Assembly (NCBI RefSeq): GCF_006345805.1
Contig: NC_042997.1
Span: forward strand, 78,988,001-79,052,000
Length of the DNA: 64,000 nucleotides
From: Octopus sinensis
Lineage: Eukaryota
Direction of reading: 5' to 3'
A program made the translations under genes and the position numbers. Under the pieces are notes generated by a model that was given only the letters and a program-made list of their open reading frames with translations, made no database searches and was not told the origin of the DNA. This document shows, piece by piece, positions 54,685-64,000 of the stretch (positions are counted from its first letter, which is position 1; every line of letters begins with the position of its first letter).

Positions 54685-54925
54685 CTATAGAATGTATAAG
54701 GGCTACGTACTGGCAGAATAGTTAGCACGCCGGGCGAAATGCTAAGCCGTATTTCGTCTGCCGTTACGTTCTTAGTTCAAATTCCGCTGAGGTCAACTTT
54801 GCCTTTCATCCTTTCGGGGTCGATTACATCGATCCAGTTACGTACTGGATCGATGTAATCGATTTAATCCCTTTGTACGTACCTTTTTGTCCCCTCTATG
54901 TTTAGCACCTTATGGGAAATAAATA
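54685..54925 (+). mobile_element. SINE, second family (related copies at ~37750, ~47030, ~49130 and a tandem pair at 56240-56570)
   Basis: Shared CTGGCAGAA...TTAGCACGC.GG, GTTCAAAT and CTTTGCCTTTCATCCTTTCGGGGTCGAT blocks. Confidence 0.7.
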
Positions 54926-55640
54926 TAGAATATATATTAACAAAGACAGTAGTTGTTTTTTTTTTTTAAATCTACTATAGTAGTTGTAGATTTAAAAGGA
55001 ATTGCATACGGGATTTATTCACAAAGTTTGAGTTCAAATCCTGCCGAAGTCAACTTCGAGAAAATAAAATACCAGTCAAGTACTGAGTCAATATCTTCAA
55101 CTTACCACTCATCTCAAAATTGTTGATTTATGCCAGAGTTAGACAGCATTTATTAGCGAATTGACTATATTTTATTCTTTTAATATGAGTAAACCCCCTA
55201 CTAATATACTTATTTGAAATATTATTGTTTTATTATTTAAAAAAATTAATGGCGTCTCGTAACAAACCTGTCTTTTGTCGTGAGGGAATTTTACATTTCC
55301 ATCACGTACAAGAATTTCATTCAAAATAAAGGAGTTTTTAAAACTGGAATTCTTAATTCTAATATAAATAACTTTTTGATAAAATATAGCAAACAATTTT
55401 ATTACATAACACAAACCAATCGGTGTAGACTTTATGAGATTTGTTGCTTGAATCAAGAAAATAAAATTAAGTAATGTTAGGAGAAAAGAATCAGATTCTA
55501 GAAACTAAAGAAAACGCTGATATCAACAGAATATATTAAGGGTATAATTTAAAATGTTCGCTTGGGATTAGATCCCAACACGTGAGTTTTTAATCAGTCC
55601 ATTTCAAATCACATCGATTCCACTGAGTGGTGCTAAACAA

Positions 55641-56240
55641 TTCGGTTTGAACGGCAGTTTTTAACATAATTTCTAGGTAACTAAAAAATTTTAAACTTCG
55701 TATACTGGTAGAATGTGTTTATAAAACATCTTTTTCTCTTGGCTTTATTGAGAAAATTCTATAGTTTGTAAGATATTTGTTGTTTTTTCTTCAATTTCTG
55801 CAATTTCAACCAATCAGTGACGTCTATTGAGGTAAAAAACATTATGTACTGTATGAATATGTCCCTCGTTTAAGAAACAGATTGGGTTTATTTACATTTG
55901 TGAAGAAAAAAAGATACCCTTCCCTCCACCCCTAACCCTAAAATAGATTGAAATGCAATAGATCAATACTAGGGTCATAATTATGGGTGACAATTTCATA
56001 TGACACCGCTAGAAAAAACTGCCGTTCAAAGCGAAAAGATCCACCCAATATGTTTCTTAAACGAGGGACATATTCATATGGCACAGAATGTGTTTTTTTA
56101 CCTCAATGGACGTCATTGATTGGTTGAAATTGCAGAAATTGAAGAAAAAAACAACAAATATCTTACAAACTATAGAATTTTCTCAATAAAGCCAAGAGAA
56201 AAAGATGTTTTATAAACACATTCTACCAGTATACGAGGTT
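55641..56240. mobile_element. ~400-bp monomer of the GGATC/Merlin-like MITE (55641-56042) plus an adjacent inverted partial copy
   Basis: TTTGAACGGCAGTTT at the left end and AAACTGCCGTTCAAAGCGAAAAGATCC at the right; the body is homologous to one arm of the 800-bp palindromes; 56043-56238 is an inverted fragment. Confidence 0.8.
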
Positions 56241-56772
56241 GATTTTGTCTTTCATCCTTTCGGGGTCGATAAATTAAGTACCAGTTACGCACTGGGGTCG
56301 ATGTAATCGACTTAATCCGTTTGTCTGTCCTTGTTTGTCCTCTCTGTGTTTAGCCCCTTGTGGGTAGTAAAGAAATAGGTATTTCGTCTGCTGTTACATT
56401 CTGAGTTCAAATTCCTCTGAGGCTGACTTTGCCTTCCATCCTTTCGGGGTCAATAAATTAAGTACCAGTTATGCACTGGGTCGATGTAATCGACTTAATC
56501 CATTTGTCTGTCCTTGTTTGTCCCCTCTATGTTTAGCCCCTTGTGGGCAATAATGAAATATGAAATAAGAAATAAGAAGCTTGCCTCCCAACCACATGGT
56601 TCCAGGTTCAGTCCCACTGTGTGGCACCTTGAGCAAGTGTCCTCCACTGTAACCTTGGGCTGACCAAAGCCTTGTGAGTGGATTTGGTAGACAGAAACTG
56701 AAAGAAGCCCATCGTATCTATCTATCTATCTATCTATTTATCTATCTGTCTATCTATCTATCTATCTATCTA

Positions 56773-56838
<66 letters not shown>

Positions 56839-56898
56839 CGTATATGTATGTATGTATACATATATATATATACATATATAGATTATTTACATATACAC

Positions 56899-57000
56899 GT
56901 GGACATATGGCGTAGTGGTTAAGAGCGTGGGCTACTAACCTCTCAAGATTCTGAGTTCGATTCCAGGCAGTGACCTGAATAATAATAATAATAATAATAA
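56899..57000 (+). mobile_element. tRNA-derived SINE head ending in (AAT)n
   Basis: Pol III A box TGGCGTAGTGG (56908-56918) and B box GTTCGATTCC (56955-56964). No acceptor-stem closure, so not an intact tRNA. Confidence 0.75.
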
Positions 57001-60000
57001 CACCGGGGGATGTTTAACAGAGAGAACACTGGGGGACGTTTAACAGAGAACACCGGGGGACATTTAACATGTGAGAGCGATAAAACAGTGCTCCGAAATC
57101 TATCCACAAACATCGGAAATAAAGACATTGCATGGAGCCAAAAAATAGCTGACAAAGGATTGGACTATATCCGAGTAAGTAATACTCATTGAAATTTATT
57201 ACTATTTTCCAAATGAAATGATGTATTTTAACTCCAAAGCACATGTAAACATGCTTGATACATTACGATCTAACAACACCAGACCATCTCCAACCCCAAA
57301 CACCATGTACAAATAAATTAAATAATACCAGTATTATTCAACCCAAGAATAACAATTGGGAAGTGCATACTTTCAACTTGTTACACAAAAAGTATGAAAA
57401 ACTACGCGTGCAGAACAATGTGACAACAGAAATGAATGGACCGGTACCCTATGAAAATGATGACTGTCAAAACAAAGGGCCAGACGTTGTTCCTCATGTC
57501 CCGCAAATAGAACCAAAAAGGCATAAATGGACACGTGAGGAATATATTTCAATCCTACATGCTTATTTAACAACTGAAGAGGTCACCCAGGCACTGCAAA
57601 GACTAAGCAACTGGAAGGCACCTGGGCACAACAAGATCCCCAAAGAGCAAAAACACAACAACATATTCATATAAAATATGGAAGAAAAATAACATAAATA
57701 AAGACTTGGATACAGCAATGAACCCTAATAAACTAGTTAACATATGAAGATATATTCTCAATGCAAAAAAATATCACAAATAGAAATAGAACATTTAAAA
57801 GAAAAAATACATCAGGAAAATGTAGAGAGAAGCCACACAACAATGCCAAATAATATAAACACTGAAATAGTAAAACACAAAGACAAACGTAACATTTCCA
57901 ACAAAAACGAAGTAAACAAAAGCCAACAAAACCAGACCATATGAAAAGCAGCAAACCAATACACGACAGACAAACATACGAATAAGAAAGAAAGCGACAC
58001 AAATCTAAAACCTGGAAACAACGAAGGGGAGCCTAATGATTATGATACTATAAAAAGTAGAATAATCAAAGAACTGAAAACCACAGATCTCAGAATGGAC
58101 CACCGACCATACCTCCTAAAAATCAAAATAGACAAAAAAACAACATCAATAATAAATAGCATGAACCTAGCCATCACGGAACTAATAGCCACTGAAACAA
58201 ATAGCGATGTCACTGAGCTAAATGACATAGTATATGCAGCAGCCACAAAAGAAGCTGGATACTCACTCAAACCCATCCAAACAGGAGTACCATCACCCTA
58301 ACAAACCCTGTGGATAAATAACATCCCCCCCAAAAATACAAAAAATGAGAAAAGATTTACCTGAGATAAAAGAAAAGCTAAAGCAAGATATCCTTGCCAA
58401 AGCACAAAGGATCCACTGGTATGAGAAACGCCAACGTTTCTTTGAACAAAAAGTTCTACTTGGAAAAAATAAAATAGACATCACTGCAGCACCAATGGCA
58501 GAAGAAGTGGAAGAATTTTGGAAAGAAATATGGTCGGCAAATGAACAACCACAGAAAAGGAGCATTAAAACAACAAACTTAGCATCTGAGCAACTCTAGA
58601 CCCCCATAACAACTGAAGAGGTCACCCAGGCACTGCAAAAACTAAGCAACTGGAAGGCACCTGGACATGACAAGATCCCCAACTTCTGGTTGAAATATCT
58701 GACAGGAATGCACAAAATGCTGGCTGAAAATTTTAACAACATACTGGCAGAGCCAGAGACAATGCCTGAATGGCTCACGAAAGGGAAAACCATCTTAATT
58801 CCCAAATCCAATGAAACGGCAAAACCAGAAAACTACAGACCTATAACCTGTCTCCCTACTATGTACAAAGCCTTTACTGCAGTAATATCGCAAAGATTGA
58901 ACAAGCACCTGGACGAAAACAACCTGTTTCCAGAAGAGCAGAAAGGATGCCGCAAGGGCTCATATGACTGTAAAGATCAACTAATGATCAATAAAGCCAT
59001 AACTGAAGACAGCCGCAGAAAGAAGAAAGGCCTCAGTATGGCCTGGATCGACTACTGAAAGGCATTTGATAGCATTCCCCACAAGTGGATCCTTGAAACA
59101 CTAGCCATTAACAAGGTAGCACCAACAATTATAAAATACATAGGACACTCTATGAATAAATGGCAGACAGTGCTACAGCTCCAAACAAAAGAGGGACTCG
59201 TGAAAACCAAAGCCATCCCCATTAGAAGAAGAATATTCCAGGGAGACACGCTCTCTCCACTCCTTTTCTGCTTGGCACTGACACCTCTATCTGATATGCT
59301 AAATAGAACTGGATGCGGATACAAATGTTACGGCAAAATGGTCAGCCACCTTTTATATATGGATGACCTAAAACTATACGCCACAAATGACAAACAGCTG
59401 GAAACACTACTAAAGACAGTTCATGGATTTACCAAAGAAATAGATATGAAATTTGGATTAGAAAAATGCGCCAAGTAACCATGAAAAGAGGAAAACTAGT
59501 TAAGAGTAGCAACATCACACTAGATAAAACCAATGAAATAAGAGAATTAGACCAAAGCCAAACTTACAAATATTTAGGGATCCATGAACTAGATAAGATA
59601 CAACACACACAAATGAAAGAGAAAATAAAAAAAAGAATATTATAGACGAGTTAGATCAATACTAAAAATAGAGCTCAATGTTAAAAACAAGATAGTAGGT
59701 ATTAAAACTTTAGCTGTCCCAGTTATAAGTTACAGCTACAATATCCTTAATTGGACACTAAATGAACTGACCAAAATAGATAGGAAAACAAGAAAAATAA
59801 TGACAGGCTCTAAGATGCATCACCCAAAATCTGACATAGAAAGGCTATATATGCAACGTATAGAAGGTGGTAGAGGCCTTATACAGCTGGAAGACTATTA
59901 TAAAATAACCACCATAGGACTGCAAAAAATATCTACTTCAGAAGCAGGGAAAACTGATACAAATAGCAGCAAAACAAAAAAACTGTTCTCATTATTTAAG

Positions 60001-61090
60001 GAAGCTGACAAGAAATCATACCACCTAACAAATATGAAGAAGAAGAAGAAGAAGAAGAAGAAGAAGAAGAAGAAGAAGAAGAAGAAGAAGAAGAAGAAAC
60101 AACAAAAGCTATAAAACAAGTGAAATCCAAACTAAAACTAGAACAGCAACGGACCATGATAAAACGATGGCAAGAAAAGCCCCTTCATGGCAAATACTGG
60201 ACTAAACTAAATGCAAAAGAAATAGACAAAGAAAAATCCCAGCAATGGTTGAGAAGCTCAGGACTCAAAGCAGAGACAGAGGGATTTTTAATTGCAGCAC
60301 AAGACCAAAGCCTCCCAACCAGAAATTACCAAAAACATATAATGAAAAGGAATATAACAAGTAACTGCAGAATATGTGGAGATAGACAAGAAACAATAAA
60401 TCATATCATCTCTGGCTGCCCAGTCCTGGCTAAGAAGGAATACATTCACAGACACGATAGAGTTGAGACCTTCATACACTGGAAGCTATGCCAACATTAT
60501 GGAATAACAACAGAAAGAAGATGGTATAGGCACATCCCAGAAAAGGTCACAGAAAACGAGAAAACAACCATACTCTGGGATATGCCAATACACACAGATA
60601 GAGAAATTAAGGCCAACAGACCAGATATAGTTGTCAGAGATCATGAAGAAAAAAAATGCTTTCTAATTGATGTATCAATACCAGCAGATGACAACGTGTC
60701 TCTAAAAGAAAAGGAGAAACTTTCAAAATACAAAGACCTGGAAATAGAGACAACTCGAATGTGGAATCTAAAAACAGAAACAATTCCTATCATTGTAGGT
60801 GTATTAGGCATGATAAAAAAATATTCAGACAAATATATAACAGAAACACCAGGACTTACAAACACATATAACATACAGAAAGTTGCACTACTGGCCACTG
60901 CCCACATCCTATGCAAAACACTTTCAATACAGTAACCATCAGAGCATCACAACAAAACACAGCACATACCCAAGGCACACAGAGCTGCGCTCGGTAGTGA
61001 AGTGGAAGCACGATATAAAAAAAAAAACTACTGAATTAGGCGGTACCATAGCCAATGAGGGTTATCCGAGGCGTGGTTATTGCTAGTTGA
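57001..61090 (+). mobile_element. R4/Dong-clade non-LTR retrotransposon (RT plus restriction-like endonuclease), disrupted
   Basis: N-terminal KRHKWTREEY; RT (WKAPG, YRPITCLPTMYK, EEQKGC, AWIDY, IFQGDTLSPLLF, HLLYMDDLKLY); CCHC CRICGDRQETINHIISGC, RHD, RPDIV, IDVSIP, EKLSKYKDL. (AAT)n on both flanks. Confidence 0.92.
60036..60098 (+). repeat. (GAA)21 microsatellite inside the LINE ORF
   Basis: Perfect GAA run, 63 bp. Confidence 0.97.
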
Positions 61091-61118
61091 AATAATAATA
61101 ATAATAATAATAATAATA

Positions 61119-61295
61119 GCAGCAAACATTGAAAACTACCTTAGGAATGAGAACCCAGGTTCGAAATTTCCCCAAGACACCTGATGAAAGCTGGAGAGTA
61201 TATCAGTCAAAACGTTGTGTTAACAACAAACAAGAGGACAAATATCCGTCAAATGTAAATAATGTACATAATTCCTCATCACTTAAATATAGAAC
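61119..61295 (+). mobile_element. Repeat tail with a mutated minimal hammerhead motif
   Basis: GACAC-CTGATGA-A-AGCTG...CAGTC-AAAA-CGT-T-GTGTT. Stem I GACAC/GTGTT and the palindromic ACGT stem III are intact, but the GAAA core reads AAAA. Confidence 0.6.
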
Positions 61296-61324
61296 GGATC
61301 TATTCGGTTTGAACGAAAAGATCC
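61296..61324. mobile_element. 29-bp fused-termini remnant of the GGATC element
   Basis: GGATCTATTCGGTTTGAACG-AAAAGATCC, flanked by TATAGAAC and TATAGGGAAC (imperfect TSD). Confidence 0.6.
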
Positions 61325-61361
61325 TATAGGGAACTGTGTGTATATATATATATATATATAT

Positions 61362-61493
61362 ATTTATTATATAGAAGGAGCTTCTACAGGACTAGAACTG
61401 TTTCATTCAAGAGAAATCTTCAGGAAGCTTCCTGAAGATTTCTCTTGAATGAAACAGTTCTAGTCCTGTAGAAGCTCCTTCTATATAATAAAT
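61362..61493. repeat. Perfect spacerless 132-bp palindrome
   Basis: Base-by-base symmetry about 61427/61428 (centre AAGCTT). Confidence 0.97.
61426..61476 (+). ncRNA. Type I hammerhead ribozyme motif (mirrored on the - strand at 61379-61429)
   Basis: Stem I AGCTTC/GAAGCT, core CTGAAGA, stem II TTC-TCTT-GAA with a U.U closing mismatch, GAAA, stem III ACAG/CTGT, GUA cleavage triplet (A61470). Confidence 0.7.
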
Positions 61494-61562
61494 TAATTTT
61501 ACTCTGCTATGTATTGAGTACCTTATTTACTGTGGTTAACCCCGAATCAACCCGGGACCTAC

Positions 61563-61595
<33 letters not shown>

Positions 61596-62647
61596 TGTGT
61601 GAGTGTATTTGTGTTCCCCCCCCCACCCCGCCTGTCATCGCTAGATAACCGATGTTGGTGTATTTATGTCTCCATAACTTAGTGGTTCGGCAAAAGAGAA
61701 TGATAGAATAAGTACTAGGCTTACAAAGAATAAGTCCTGGGGTCAATTTGTTCGACTAAAGGTGGAGCTCCAGCATGGCCACAGTCAAGTGACTGAAACA
61801 AATAAAATAATAAAACTTCTAAAATGAGACTTCATCCATGTGTATCCGTGTGCGTTTATGTGCAGGCATGTGTGTGTGTGTGGTGGGGATGCTGGTGTGC
61901 AAGAAAAACATTCACGGAAATGTACTCATAAAATTTCTATTATAAGTTATCTTTATATGCCACGTTTGCAATTCTCCATATAAAAAATAACTAAGTGTGT
62001 ACTAAATGAAATAAAATCTTGGTTCAATGACAGATCGATCAAGTTATTAAAGTTTTAACGTTGTTGGTAACAATATATTCTCTCTTTTAATTGAAAATTG
62101 AAAAAGAGAGAAAATGTGAGGGGAATATATTTTGGTGGTAATGACTAAACCCTTTGTGCCATTATCACAATTACAAAGCATTTCAGAAGTGTAACATTGT
62201 GCAAGTTCATTTCTGTAAATGTTTTTCTTGCCCACCCCCCTGCACATATACACATGTGGATACACATGGACGAAGTCCCATTTTGGAAGTATGTTAAAGT
62301 TTTTATTATTTTGGAATGAAGAACACAAACATAGGTGCTGAGTCAGTGACTAAATTTGTATTTTGTTAGGATTAATCCAATGAATTGACAGCAAGGTAAT
62401 TGCTGCCATCAGAATCGTTTACTTTTAAGGTGAAAAAACAAAACTGACATACACGACAGATATGTAAAATATATTTCTATGTACTTCTTTCTCTGTTCAT
62501 GTGGATAAACTGCAGAAATTGTTGCCTGCACGCACACACAAACACAAAAATTCTCCAGGTGTTTAGCTGTTATTTTTATCATATCGAGTTTTATTACATA
62601 ACAGAAGTGCTTATTTTCATTTCACTTAGCAACAATTATTATTATTT

Positions 62648-62756
62648 TCATCAACTCAAGATCTACGTGACTTAAGGTGAGCCTGATCACTGAAAATTTT
62701 GGGGTCTTGCAATTTGTTATTGTTTGGTGAGCCATGTTGTAAATTCAAGGTGATGA
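62648..62756 (+). ncRNA. Candidate structured RNA A1 (three-way junction, two GG-UGAG-CC loops)
   Basis: Folded by eye. P1 TCATCA/TGATGA; P2 CTCAAGAT/ATTTTGGG plus GTGA/TCAC plus AGG-TGAG-CCT; P3 CTTG/CAAG, AATTT/AAATT, TGG-TGAG-CCA. Paralog at 63862. Confidence 0.5.
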
Positions 62757-62830
62757 TTATATTGTAGTTGTTCCTTGTTATGAAATTAATACATTTTTTG
62801 CTTATAAAAATGCATATAATTTATTAATTA

Positions 62831-63190
62831 CTAGCACTATGACCCGGCAATGCCGGGTCATAATGCTAGTGCATGCATATACAGCTACGTGCGCACATAC
62901 ATGTGAGTACTGGCCAAATCTCCGACCAATCACATACAGCTAGCTGGCATTCAATTGGTGTATCAAGTTTCGGGCATTTTGATTGAGTTTTGGATAGAAA
63001 ATTCACAAAAATGTCACTTCTATTGATTTTTTAATGACTTTGTTGGGTGACTGGGGAAATGTAAAGATGTGCACGACCACCCTTGGACGGTTTTGAATGA
63101 CCATAGAAAGTGCGAGCCCTCTAACTGAGAAATTGTGGATTTGTATAAAGGACACACACGCAGACATTTTGCCATTTATATATAGAGAGA
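62831..63190 (-). mobile_element. 360-bp non-autonomous Helitron-type element
   Basis: On the - strand: 5' TC, 3' CTAG, inserted between A and T, with a subterminal hairpin TATGACCCGGCA-T-TGCCGGGTCATA. Confidence 0.75.
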
Positions 63191-63270
63191 TTGCAAGAAA
63201 ATAAATTTGAATAAAAAAAATAACTTTATTTTCTTTAAAAAAATTCCAAATTCGCTTGATAGAATATAGA

Positions 63271-63700
63271 CATTTCTGGCTGTGTCTCTGTGGGCAGTAC
63301 TGAAGTCATGTAGTAAAGCTGTTCAGAAAAGGCATTGGTTAAAAGTGCTTATGTTCTGCAACTTATTTTTTAACTTTAATATTTAATTAATAAAGTTATT
63401 TTTAATATGCTATTGCACTTAAGTAATTTTAACTTTTATTATTAATTTTCTCTTTCAGCCTTACTGCTTTTTTTTTTTTTTTTGCTAATTTCTTTTTAGT
63501 TGCTTTCCTTTTGCTTTTTAGCTAATTATTTAATCAGGCTAGTTCATTAATGTGTTATATGCTTCAGATATACACATCTAATTTTATTGGGGAAAGAATA
63601 AAGTCATTTTTGGCTGTGTCTCTATGTGCAGACCTGAAGGCATGTAGTAAGGCTGTCCAGAAAAGGCATTGTTATAAAGTGATTATATTCTAAACTTATT
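63271..63700 (+). repeat. Two diverged ~97-bp direct repeats B1 (63271-63367) and B2 (63605-63700), each hairpin-forming
   Basis: Shared GGCTGTGTCTCT, CTGAAG, CATGTAGTAA.GCTGT.CAGAAAAGGCATTG; outer stems TTTCTGG/TCAGAAA and TTTTTGG/CCAGAAA. Confidence 0.65.
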
Positions 63701-63861
63701 ATTTAATAGCGAAATAAAAATTAAAGGGATTTTCATATATCTACTTTTGTATTATGGGAATGTAGGTAATTTTCACTTGTGTAAATCTGATATGCTTTCA
63801 TAATTACTGTTGTAATGAATCATTATTGATAGATCTAGATCAGCAGCAGTCATTGCTATTA

Positions 63862-63971
63862 TCACCAACTCAAAATCTAGGTTACTTAAGGTGAGCCTGG
63901 TAACTGGTGGTTTTGGGGTCTTGTTGTTTGTAACTGATTGGTGAGCCAAAGTGTAACCTTCAAGATGGTAA
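63862..63971 (+). ncRNA. Candidate structured RNA A2 (paralog of A1)
   Basis: P1 TCACCA/TGGTAA; P2 CTCAAAATC/GGTTTTGGG plus GTTAC/GTAAC plus AGG-TGAG-CCT; P3 CTTG/CAAG, GTT/AAC, TTGG-TGAG-CCAA. Confidence 0.5.
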
Positions 63972-64000
63972 AATTCTCTGCCATTAATTTGGTGTGGATA

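Noticed and set aside
56899-56975. Possible tRNA gene
   Set aside because: A and B boxes are present but there is no complete cloverleaf or acceptor stem; it is a SINE head.
57001-57070. Three CAC(C/T)GGGGGA..TTTAACA repeats, superficially CRISPR-like
   Set aside because: Direct tandem units with no unique spacers, in a eukaryotic LINE 5' region.
59800-60119. Poly-Lys / poly-Phe ORFs
   Set aside because: Frame artefacts of the (GAA)21 tract in a disrupted LINE.
62648-62756. A1/A2 as pre-miRNAs or as canonical H/ACA or C/D snoRNAs
   Set aside because: Conservation is in the loops and junction rather than a 22-nt arm; there are no H or ACA boxes, and TGATGA is at the 3' end and not conserved in A2.

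Overview
AT-rich, repeat-dense animal genomic DNA. The repeat families resemble those of octopus, but the species assignment is inference. There is one 100-N scaffold gap at 15926-16025. The only confident protein-coding gene is the 3' part of an Ajuba/LIMD1/WTIP-family triple-LIM gene on the + strand. Its five phase-compatible GT-AG exons (11164-30079) encode about 260 aa: the end of LIM1, then LIM2, LIM3 and a long tail ending -QITEL. The rest is mostly decayed mobile DNA: RTE, CR1-like and R4/Dong LINEs, Penelope-like GIY-YIG fragments, Tc1 and maT transposon remnants, piggyBac-, hAT- and Helitron-type non-autonomous elements, tRNA-derived SINEs and microsatellites. Four things stand out. 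(1) Two paralogous ~110-nt segments near the window end (62648-62756, 63862-63971) fold by eye into the same three-way junction, with compensatory changes and two GG-UGAG-CC loops; a second duplicated hairpin family lies between them. This may be an undescribed structured-RNA cluster. (2) Several hammerhead-ribozyme motifs sit in inverted arrangements, including one at the axis of a perfect 132-bp palindrome. (3) A GGATC-ended, 8-bp-TSD (Merlin-like) element family is present as a monomer, a mobile ~800-bp palindromic dimer, a long-TIR form and a 29-bp remnant. (4) An R4/Dong LINE sits in the (AAT)n tract of a tRNA-headed element whose apparent tail carries a hammerhead-like motif. All folds and alignments were done by eye; no searches were run.
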